IMG/VR virus record: IMGVR_UViG_3300042940_001591
DNA length: 64,000 nt
Reading direction: 5' to 3' (one strand)
Origin: a virus
Lineage: Duplodnaviria; Caudoviricetes
A program made the position numbers and the translations under genes. The notes below the pieces were generated by a model that saw only the letters and a program-made list of their open reading frames with translations, was not told the DNA's origin and did no database searches. Positions 29,728-37,804 of this stretch are shown piece by piece. Positions within the stretch are counted from its first letter, which is position 1. Each line of letters begins with the position of its first letter.

Positions 29728-32607
29728 TTAGATATTCTCAAATGAGGCTCCTGTTGGAGTGATTACAAATTCAACATCAATAAATTCAAGAGAACGAGTA
29801 GGTTTAATATAAATTTTACCTCTCAATGTGTTTGCATCAATATCTTCTGGGTCACTAGAAACAGTAACTTTGAATTCGTACAAACCTCTTTCCTTTTTAA
29901 TTGAATCCAAGATAGGGTTAACCAATCTTAAGAACTCTTGTCTTACTTGCTCGTCATTTTGTTCAAATAACAATCTTACCGCAACTGCTGAAATTAATTT
30001 TCTTGCTCTCAATAATAATCTTCTTACGTTGATTCTATCCAATGCAGATTCTCTTACTTGAAGTGTTTTGTTACCCCAAATAATTGTACCTGTATCAGAG
30101 AAAGTTGCAATTGGGTTGATTCTATTCTTATATAATTCATCTCTTTCGTCTAAAGTTAATTTTTTGGTTGCTTTAATGGCATTTACCAAACCTCTTGAAT
30201 AACCCGCGACTGCGAACCAAGGATAAGAAACGTTGTCGGTTAATGCGATATTCTTCAATACCTCACCTGTTGGTGGGATATATAGTTGAGTTGCATTATC
30301 CGTATCTCTTACTTGAATCCAAGGCCAATATGTTGCAGAATAGTTAGAATCAATAGATACTGTATCTAATTCACCAACAACGTCAGCAGCTGCGGTTGTT
30401 CCCGTAATGTTAGGAGAGTTCATAATGTATAATGAATCTGCTCTATCATTCTCAATCATATCAATTGCTTGATTAACTAAAGAACTATGGTCACGGAAGT
30501 TAATACCTGGAGTTGCAAATACGTTAATATCAACCGCTTCAGGGTTAGCAAATGTGTTTATAGCGTCTAAATAAGCATAATAGTCAGAGTTTCCATTATC
30601 AGCGTTAAACACCCCACTATACGCACCAGTTGTTTTATTATTGTTGTAAGTTGTTTTACCAAATATATAACCGTCGGTGTTGGTTCTTGATGTTCTATAG
30701 ATATCCCAACCATCTGTACCTCCACATGTTGCAAATGTAAATTTACGATATGCAATATTTTCTAACGCTCCTTTTGTTATACCTTCTAAATCGTAAGGTG
30801 TACATTGGTATGTAGTTCCTGTAATATCGGTAGCATTAACAGATAAGTGGAATCCGAAAGTTTCAGTTGTACCACTTGTACCTTTATATTTAAATAAATC
30901 CTTATCAAATCCGACTTGTGATGATAATCCTAACATTACTTTCTTTACCTTATCACCTGACTCAATATTTTCAGTACCGTCTGCGTTATATGTTACTACA
31001 TCACCAGCATCGATATATTCAGTTTTATAAATTACACTACCTAATGTTGTTCCACTAAAGTTTGCATTATTAACAAATCCTTTAAATCCTGCAGGGAACG
31101 CATCCGATGGATGATTATCAGCTAAAGATAACATTATATATTTTGAACGTAATTCGTACTCACCATCGGCGGTACCTATTTTTCTACCAACAAAACCTGG
31201 CATGTCAGGATTCATAGAACATCTTGAATATTTTTCAAGAACAACCATATTGTCATCAGTATCGTTAAAATCACGAACAACAATGTCAAATTCACCTGAA
31301 TCTAAATTAATGTTTTGGATTGTTATTTTAACTTGGTAGTTAGAACCTTCACCGTCTGAAATTGTTATTACTTCAAATAAATCTGAAACTTTTCCACCAC
31401 GAACTTCTGAAACCACCATTGGAGATAAAGATGTTGACCATTGACCTAAAAAGTTAGAACCTTCATCATTAAAAACTTTAGTTGTACTTAAACCTCTAAT
31501 CAATCCTCTTTCATAAGCGGATTTAACTAAATTAGGATAAGATTCATAAACATAAAGAGGAAAATCTTCATATGACTTGTCAAATACATCAGAACCTAAT
31601 ACTTTTTTAATGTATTTTGTTGACGTTGTATCTAAAGTACAATTAAATGATTTTGCACCTCCTGTTGTTCCTGTAACATTAATTTGAAATTCACCTAATG
31701 GATTTAATTCAATATCTGTAACTTCGGCCAATGAAACTTGTGTGGTGCCCGTAACTTCATAAGTTAATATCTCTGAAGCATAACGACCTCTTGATCTTAA
31801 TGTTGCCACAGATATACTATCATAATCGGTATTAACCTCAGCACCAAATGTGTATTTTACAACATCAAATCTAGTAGTACCTGAATTCCAAGCAAATTTA
31901 TATGAATAAAGTTGATTAATTGTTGCACCTGAATTAAAGAAAGTATTGTACCATTCTTTATTATTAGGTGTTTCACTGTATAGTTTACCTGTTAAAGGCG
32001 ATACAACTTGTAATGTCGTACTAGGTAATGTTACACCTGAAGGCATTAAACCAATTGTAAACCATTTACCGTCATCTGTAGTTGTAAAACCACTAAAATT
32101 TGATACTATATAACTTGTTATAGATACTCCTTCTGTTGAAGTTTTACCCGATAACTCACCATATATTGTACTTCCGGTAATTGTTGCGGTTGTTGCAGAC
32201 ATAGTAGTACTTCCAGACGTACTATAACTTGAATCCCAAGTAGCACCTGTTGGTGAAATACCACCTAATGTTTTTATTGCGAATGTTTTACCTGCTTTAT
32301 ATCCAGTCAATCCAAGTACTCTTGTTACGAATAATTGGTTTGACTCTTGTAAATAAGATTTAGCTACGTAAGGTAACTCATATTTTGGGTTATTAGATCC
32401 GTCTCCATATTTTTCTGGAGAGGTACCGCCAAAGTATGTTTTGAATTCGTCGAAGTCTCCTATTAAAATTGGTTCGAAAGCTGGACCTTTTAAGGTTTCA
32501 CCTACTAATCCCAATGTTGTTACTCCGACACTTTGAGCCACGAATGTTAGATCCTTCTCAGATGTGTAGACACCTGGAGAAACGAATACTCTGTTTGAAT
32601 TTGCCAT
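29728..32607 (-). CDS. Tail sheath protein (gp18-like)
   Basis: FVSPGVYTSEKDL, LVGETLKGPAFEP, YWPW, PPTGEV, PWFAVAGYSRG, RDELYKNRINPI, IWGNKTLQ, ALDRINVRRLL, IKPTRSLEFI. Confidence 0.97.
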   Translation of the reverse strand: MANSNRVFVSPGVYTSEKDLTFVAQSVGVTTLGLVGETLKGPAFEPILIGDFDEFKTYFGGTSPEKYGDGSNNPKYELPYVAKSYLQESNQLFVTRVLGLTGYKAGKTFAIKTLGGISPTGATWDSSYSTSGSTTMSATTATITGSTIYGELSGKTSTEGVSITSYIVSNFSGFTTTDDGKWFTIGLMPSGVTLPSTTLQVVSPLTGKLYSETPNNKEWYNTFFNSGATINQLYSYKFAWNSGTTRFDVVKYTFGAEVNTDYDSISVATLRSRGRYASEILTYEVTGTTQVSLAEVTDIELNPLGEFQINVTGTTGGAKSFNCTLDTTSTKYIKKVLGSDVFDKSYEDFPLYVYESYPNLVKSAYERGLIRGLSTTKVFNDEGSNFLGQWSTSLSPMVVSEVRGGKVSDLFEVITISDGEGSNYQVKITIQNINLDSGEFDIVVRDFNDTDDNMVVLEKYSRCSMNPDMPGFVGRKIGTADGEYELRSKYIMLSLADNHPSDAFPAGFKGFVNNANFSGTTLGSVIYKTEYIDAGDVVTYNADGTENIESGDKVKKVMLGLSSQVGFDKDLFKYKGTSGTTETFGFHLSVNATDITGTTYQCTPYDLEGITKGALENIAYRKFTFATCGGTDGWDIYRTSRTNTDGYIFGKTTYNNNKTTGAYSGVFNADNGNSDYYAYLDAINTFANPEAVDINVFATPGINFRDHSSLVNQAIDMIENDRADSLYIMNSPNITGTTAAADVVGELDTVSIDSNYSATYWPWIQVRDTDNATQLYIPPTGEVLKNIALTDNVSYPWFAVAGYSRGLVNAIKATKKLTLDERDELYKNRINPIATFSDTGTIIWGNKTLQVRESALDRINVRRLLLRARKLISAVAVRLLFEQNDEQVRQEFLRLVNPILDSIKKERGLYEFKVTVSSDPEDIDANTLRGKIYIKPTRSLEFIDVEFVITPTGASFENI

Positions 32608-32734
32608 CGATTGTTGTTTGGTTAATTATTTTTATTAGTTATTCTATAAATATCTTTGTTTTTACCAAAGATTTCCGTACTTTTCTTAAAAAAGATAGTA
32701 AATTATCTTTTTATATCTAAAACTATCTTTCATT

Positions 32735-32893
32735 ATGGAAAACAAACAGAAAAATGTAAAAATCAGTGAAAAACACCACGAGATGTTAAAAGTCCATTGT
32801 GAAAAGAACGGATTAAAAATTTACAAAGTCTTAGAAAAATTTATAGAAGACTTGTGTAAACCAAAAAAGAAGGACATGTATGGTGATGATTAA
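32735..32893 (+). CDS. Small ribbon-helix-helix-like DNA-binding protein (52 aa), below the ORF-track cut-off
   Basis: MENKQKNVKISEKHHEMLKVHCEKNGLKIYKVLEKFIEDLCKPKKKDMYGDD; beta strand KNVKIS then two helices; divergent from the sheath gene. Confidence 0.7.
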   Translation: MENKQKNVKISEKHHEMLKVHCEKNGLKIYKVLEKFIEDLCKPKKKDMYGDD

Positions 32894-34146
32894 TAAAGAT
32901 ACGTAACCCCTATTCTTGACCCAATTACAGGTGCACCACTCAACGTTATTCTTTGGTCACTAGTTATATCAAAACCTGAACCTTCCTCTTGTAATAGACC
33001 GTTTATGTCTACAGTTATGATACTATTGATGGAGTTATGTAATGTAAATTCTAATGTTGATCCATTATATGTAAAATATTCCGTTGTAACTTGTAATAAG
33101 GAACCATAAGTGTCGATAATTACACTATTTCTACCCTTATAATATGTTATGGCAATCGAACTACCTTCAGGTGGTGGTTCAGAAAATGTAATTTTTGATG
33201 TGTATGCGACGTGAAAATAATCCGTATCCCTCTCTTGTACAAGACCGTTTACCGATGCGTTGAATAACGTTCCTATACTTTCACCAACACTAAATTGTGT
33301 TTGAATTCCATCAGCAGGAAAAGTGGCCACAGTTACATCAATTAACTTATTAATAAATTTTTTACTGCCTGGTTTTTGATTTATAAATTCATTTAATAGA
33401 AAAAATCTACTAATTGCCGGCTTAACCTCAAATTCCTCACTATCTATTAAAATACCCAACATTACAAATTTATAATTTTGAATATAAAATCTACGACCAT
33501 CAACTGTATCTATAGGACTATTATCTTCAATACCCTCTAAAACTATTGGTATGTAATGTCCTTTTACAGATGTGTAAGCCTGTCTTGAAGAGAACTTTTG
33601 TAAAACAATTTTATTAAATTTATTTAAATCCCTAAATTTATGACACACTATTGTAACCTCAAAAGTTATATCCACAGCAACTGGTTGTGGCATTTTATAT
33701 ATGTCGGCACCAATTTGTGTTCCGTTCCATGTTGGGACAGATGCATAATGGAATGTTCTTCTATCAGGTATTGTTCTTTGTGTTACAGGATTCGTACCTG
33801 GCTGAACGTCAGGTTTTCTAATAATTGCAATAAATGGTACTTTAACATTACCATCGTCATCAGAAAACTCCCAATTGTTTGCAAATTCACCCCATCTTTG
33901 TATTGTAAGTATTTTTGGTATGATTGGGATTTGATTCCCATCAGATACAACAACAAAATTTGTTTTTATAAAATCTAACATTCCACCATCCAAATCATCA
34001 TGAAGTATAGAATCAGGTAAATAGGAATCTGACTTGGTAATCCTATCCAATAATTCCTGTCTTCTCTCCATAACTCGTTCACCTTGGAACGATTCTTTCG
34101 CACCACCATAAACATCAATGTTGTTTTTTCTTTTAGGTATTCCCAT
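32890..34146 (-). CDS. Tail terminator / sheath stabiliser (gp15-like) with C-terminal repeated beta domains
   Basis: DLDGGMLDFI...KVPFIAIIR...KMPQPVAVDITFEVTIVCHKFRDLNKFN; C-terminal ADGIQTQF and YNGSTLEF repeats. Confidence 0.65.
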   Translation of the reverse strand: MGIPKRKNNIDVYGGAKESFQGERVMERRQELLDRITKSDSYLPDSILHDDLDGGMLDFIKTNFVVVSDGNQIPIIPKILTIQRWGEFANNWEFSDDDGNVKVPFIAIIRKPDVQPGTNPVTQRTIPDRRTFHYASVPTWNGTQIGADIYKMPQPVAVDITFEVTIVCHKFRDLNKFNKIVLQKFSSRQAYTSVKGHYIPIVLEGIEDNSPIDTVDGRRFYIQNYKFVMLGILIDSEEFEVKPAISRFFLLNEFINQKPGSKKFINKLIDVTVATFPADGIQTQFSVGESIGTLFNASVNGLVQERDTDYFHVAYTSKITFSEPPPEGSSIAITYYKGRNSVIIDTYGSLLQVTTEYFTYNGSTLEFTLHNSINSIITVDINGLLQEEGSGFDITSDQRITLSGAPVIGSRIGVTYLY

Positions 34147-34147
34147 G

Positions 34148-34660
34148 TTATACTCCTCTAAATTCGTTTTGTTGTGTTGGTACGCAAACTATAGTTCTAT
34201 AATGTGGTTTGAATCCAAACATTTTGTGTTTATTATCTGAGGTTACCTTACCATCATTTGAGACAGTATAAAACCTCAATTTCTCCTCCGAATCGGGATA
34301 ACCAATATAATCACCGTACTTAATATCCACATTCAATTCTTCCAAATGTGTTATATAAACCGACAATGTTAAATTTCCCGGCTCATTATATCTAACCATA
34401 CCAGATTTATATGTAACATTCTTCGGTTCTTCAATTTTAACCAATGCATTAATCTCAACAGGTGGAAAGTACTTTATCTCATCCGCACCCGCTTCAGCAT
34501 AGACCGCGTCATTGTCTGTTTTACTCCTATCGACACGATAAAGGACTAATTTCATGTTTAAATCCCCATGAAGATATTCCCTACCCATTTGAATATTGAT
34601 ATCAAAGTCGTCTTGAGAGAAGAATTTAGACAATCTGGTAATTGGTAATTTATTGTTCAT
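34148..34660 (-). CDS. Neck / head-closure protein (gp14-like)
   Basis: LYRVDRSKTDNDAVYAEA...FPPVEINALV...LEELNVDIKYGDYIGY; adjacent to the terminator-like gene. Confidence 0.6.
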   Translation of the reverse strand: MNNKLPITRLSKFFSQDDFDINIQMGREYLHGDLNMKLVLYRVDRSKTDNDAVYAEAGADEIKYFPPVEINALVKIEEPKNVTYKSGMVRYNEPGNLTLSVYITHLEELNVDIKYGDYIGYPDSEEKLRFYTVSNDGKVTSDNKHKMFGFKPHYRTIVCVPTQQNEFRGV

Positions 34661-34708
34661 ATCCTAATAAATAGTTTAATCTTACGTTCTAATTATTTAT
34701 ATTTTAAT

Positions 34709-36460
34709 ATGGAAACAAAGATTCCCGAAATTGAGGCTAGAAATATACTTTCAACATATGAAGGTTCTAATAATCAATTATTAGATTGGAAAAGAAAATT
34801 TAAAGATGTTAAGAATTTTAAGTTAACGAGACCCCAATCTGAATATGTACAGAAATATCATGAAGTAACTCCAAAAATTGCCAGAAAACATATTAACATT
34901 GTTAGTACTTTCGGTGAAAAGATAATGGAGGATAGGTTATTAACAACTCCACCGACCAAAATTTGGTGTGAAAAATTATTATGTGAATCAGATAAGGCGT
35001 TTCATATATGGGGTAAGGTTTTAGAAATTGACCAATTAAGTGCAATGTGGTTACCAAAAGCGGCGGTTGTTCAAGAAGAAAAAAAATTAGATAGGGTAAT
35101 TGATTATACCAAATACAATTCAAGACCCCCGATGGACCATCAAAAGATTGCAATTGAAAAATTATTAGCGAACGATAAATTTATTTTAGCGGATGATATG
35201 GGTCTTGGTAAAACAACATCTGCGGTTATTGCGTCTTTAGAAAGTAAAGCAAGAAAGATACTTATAGTATGTCCCGCATCATTAAAAATAAATTGGGAAA
35301 GGGAAATAAAAAACTATTCAGATAGAAAAGTTTTAATTGTCGAAGGACGTAAATGGGGTTCTACTTTTGATTTCTACATTATTAATTATGATATTATTAA
35401 AAACTACCACACTACAGACAAGAGTGAAGATAGCGACGATTATAAATTATTGGTTAATGCCAATTTTGACTTGGCAATCGTAGATGAGGCTCACTATATA
35501 TCAAATGCCACAGCAAACAGAACTCGTTTATTAAATGATGTTTTAGAAACAATCCCAAAAGTTTGGTTATTAACTGGTACACCGATGACATCAAGACCAA
35601 TTAATTATTTCAATTTATTAAAGATTGTAGAATCACCATTAGCATTAAATTGGCAATCCTATGTTCGCAGATATTGTAAAGGTTACCAATTCAATGTCGG
35701 TAATCGTAAGGTTTGGAATACAAGTGGTGCAAGTAATTTAGATGAACTTCGTGAACGAACGAAAAATCTTGTTTTACGAAGAATGAAGACTGACATTCTT
35801 GACTTACCTGAAAAAATTGTTACACCAGTGTTTGTTGAATTGACTAGTAAAATGTATGATGAGGAATTAGAAGAATTTACTCGTATTAGTACCGATAAGA
35901 AAAATGATGAAACAATCACAGTTACGTTAAATCGTTTAATGAAAATTAGACAACTTATTGCTTACGAAAAAATCCCTTATACTTGTGAGTTGATTGACAA
36001 GTGTTTAGAACAAGGTAAAAAGGTAATTGTATTTACAAACTTTACAATGTCATTAGATATGTTACATGAGAAATATAAGAAAGTTTCAGTAACACTTGAT
36101 GGAAGAATGAATAAAGATAAGAGACAAGAAAATGTTGATAGATTCCAAACCGAAGATAAAATCAAAGTCTTCATTGGTAATATTAAAGCTGCGGGTGTTG
36201 GTATAACATTAACCTCTGCTGAAGTTGTTATTATGAATGACTTATCATTTGTACCTGCTGACCACTCACAAGGAGAAGATAGAGCATATCGTTATGGTCA
36301 ACAAAATAGTGTATTAGTTTATTATCCCGTTTTTGAAAACACGGTAGAAAAAATAATTTACAATATATTACAAAAGAAAAAGGGGATTATTGACCAAGTA
36401 ATGGGTGACGGAGAATATTCAGAATCCTTTAGTAAGGACTTACTTAAACAACTCTTTTAA
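34709..36460 (+). CDS. SNF2-family helicase, SMARCAL1/HARP-like
   Basis: LADDMGLGKT, VCPASLKINWEREI, DEAH, LLTGTP, AAGVGITLT, QGEDRAYRYGQ. Confidence 0.9.
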   Translation: METKIPEIEARNILSTYEGSNNQLLDWKRKFKDVKNFKLTRPQSEYVQKYHEVTPKIARKHINIVSTFGEKIMEDRLLTTPPTKIWCEKLLCESDKAFHIWGKVLEIDQLSAMWLPKAAVVQEEKKLDRVIDYTKYNSRPPMDHQKIAIEKLLANDKFILADDMGLGKTTSAVIASLESKARKILIVCPASLKINWEREIKNYSDRKVLIVEGRKWGSTFDFYIINYDIIKNYHTTDKSEDSDDYKLLVNANFDLAIVDEAHYISNATANRTRLLNDVLETIPKVWLLTGTPMTSRPINYFNLLKIVESPLALNWQSYVRRYCKGYQFNVGNRKVWNTSGASNLDELRERTKNLVLRRMKTDILDLPEKIVTPVFVELTSKMYDEELEEFTRISTDKKNDETITVTLNRLMKIRQLIAYEKIPYTCELIDKCLEQGKKVIVFTNFTMSLDMLHEKYKKVSVTLDGRMNKDKRQENVDRFQTEDKIKVFIGNIKAAGVGITLTSAEVVIMNDLSFVPADHSQGEDRAYRYGQQNSVLVYYPVFENTVEKIIYNILQKKKGIIDQVMGDGEYSESFSKDLLKQLF

Positions 36461-36649
36461 CTCACCAATTTTTTTATCCAATAAAGAATCCAACTCCTTA
36501 TCTTCATAATCCGATACGTTAACAACTATTGTTTTTTCAGGTTCATTAAAGTTGACGTAGTTCCCGCCTTCCTCTTTTTGATATGTAAAAACAATATTAT
36601 TTATTCCACAAAGGATTAATAGTTCATTTAGTTTATTCGTTGTAGTCAT
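36440..36649 (-). CDS. Small hypothetical early protein
   Basis: 69-aa ORF with its own canonical Bacteroidota-type promoter. Confidence 0.65.
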   Translation of the reverse strand: MTTTNKLNELLILCGINNIVFTYQKEEGGNYVNFNEPEKTIVVNVSDYEDKELDSLLDKKIGELKELFK

Positions 36650-36654
36650 AATAC

Positions 36655-36686
36655 CAAAAATAAACTATTTATTGAAATATACCAAA
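36655..36686 (-). promoter_or_regulatory. Bacteroidota sigma-A type promoter (TTTG-N20-TATTTTTG)
   Basis: Minus strand TTTG at 36683-36686 and TATTTTTG at 36655-36662, 5 nt before the ATG at 36649. Confidence 0.65.
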
Positions 36687-36688
36687 TT

Positions 36689-37804
36689 ATGGCTACAATT
36701 ATTTCACAATCTGAAAAGGACAAATTATATACACAGGTTTTTCACCTATTGGGGATGCCCGTTCGTGGCATTGAACTTACTGAAGAACAAATGGATACTT
36801 TTTTAGAGTTTTCCTTGTCTGAATATGAACAATACGTTAGTGATTGGTTGATTGAATCTCAATGGTCCGCATTGGCCGGATTAGATGTTGATACACAATC
36901 CCTTTCTAGAGCGTTTACTACAAGAAGTTTAGATTATGAGACACAATACACTTATTCATATTCCAAAATAGTTGGTTTACAGGCCGGTGGTGATAACGAA
37001 CTTAAAAAAGATTTTTTTACCCTTACAGGTGGTACACAAACATATGAAATACCTGCTGGTCGTGAAATAAACGAACTATTATGGTTTACAAGAGCCGAGT
37101 TAACCGATTCAATCGTTGACCCGTTTTTAGGTGGTTTCGGTGGTCTTGGAGGTGTTGGTTTTGGTGGTGTGGGAGGATTTGCTCAGGTTGGGTCTTCAGG
37201 TTCATACTTTATGTTACCAGCTTTTGACCTTCTTTTAAGAATGCAAGATAGAAGTATTAAAAATAGAATAATTGGTGGGGATTTAACATATAGGATTACT
37301 GCGGGACCTGAAGGTAAAAAATATATTCACTTATACAACGTGCCTGGTGGAAAATACGATTTTGGTAATAACGCTAATAAAAACTATCAAGTATGGTATT
37401 GGTATTATGATACCATGGATAGAGACACTTGTCTACAAAAAAACAAAGATGTTATTAAATTACCTTCTGATGTTATGACCGAAGAACTTACTTGGGATAA
37501 GTTAAATAAACCATCTCAAAATTGGGTAAGAAAATACCTAATAGGTTATTCTAAAGAAGGATTAGGTCGTATTTGGGGTAAATTCTCAGGTGATTTACAA
37601 GTTCCTGACAGTGCTGTTAAATTAGATTATAGTTCTTTATTGACTGAAGGTAAAGACGAAAGAATGAAATTGGTTGAGGAACTTATGGCTAGATTAGAAA
37701 GACTCCGCCCTGAAAAAATTCTTGAAAGAAAAGGTTCAGAAGCGGAGAATTTAAATAAAGCACTTAAGTTTAGAGCAATGCCAAGTCCGTTTAATGTAAT
37801 CTAA
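36689..37804 (+). CDS. Neck protein / head-tail adaptor (gp13-like)
   Basis: LYTQVFHLLGMPVRGIELTEEQMD...WVRKYLIGYSKEGLGRIWGKFSG...VKLDYSSLLTEG. Confidence 0.8.
   Translation: MATIISQSEKDKLYTQVFHLLGMPVRGIELTEEQMDTFLEFSLSEYEQYVSDWLIESQWSALAGLDVDTQSLSRAFTTRSLDYETQYTYSYSKIVGLQAGGDNELKKDFFTLTGGTQTYEIPAGREINELLWFTRAELTDSIVDPFLGGFGGLGGVGFGGVGGFAQVGSSGSYFMLPAFDLLLRMQDRSIKNRIIGGDLTYRITAGPEGKKYIHLYNVPGGKYDFGNNANKNYQVWYWYYDTMDRDTCLQKNKDVIKLPSDVMTEELTWDKLNKPSQNWVRKYLIGYSKEGLGRIWGKFSGDLQVPDSAVKLDYSSLLTEGKDERMKLVEELMARLERLRPEKILERKGSEAENLNKALKFRAMPSPFNVI

Noticed and set aside
4730-32720. Many short plus-strand ORFs opposite nrdA, the hub, tape measure, sheath and others
   Set aside because: They lie fully antisense to well-supported genes and show the Ser/Leu/Phe-rich composition expected of reverse frames.
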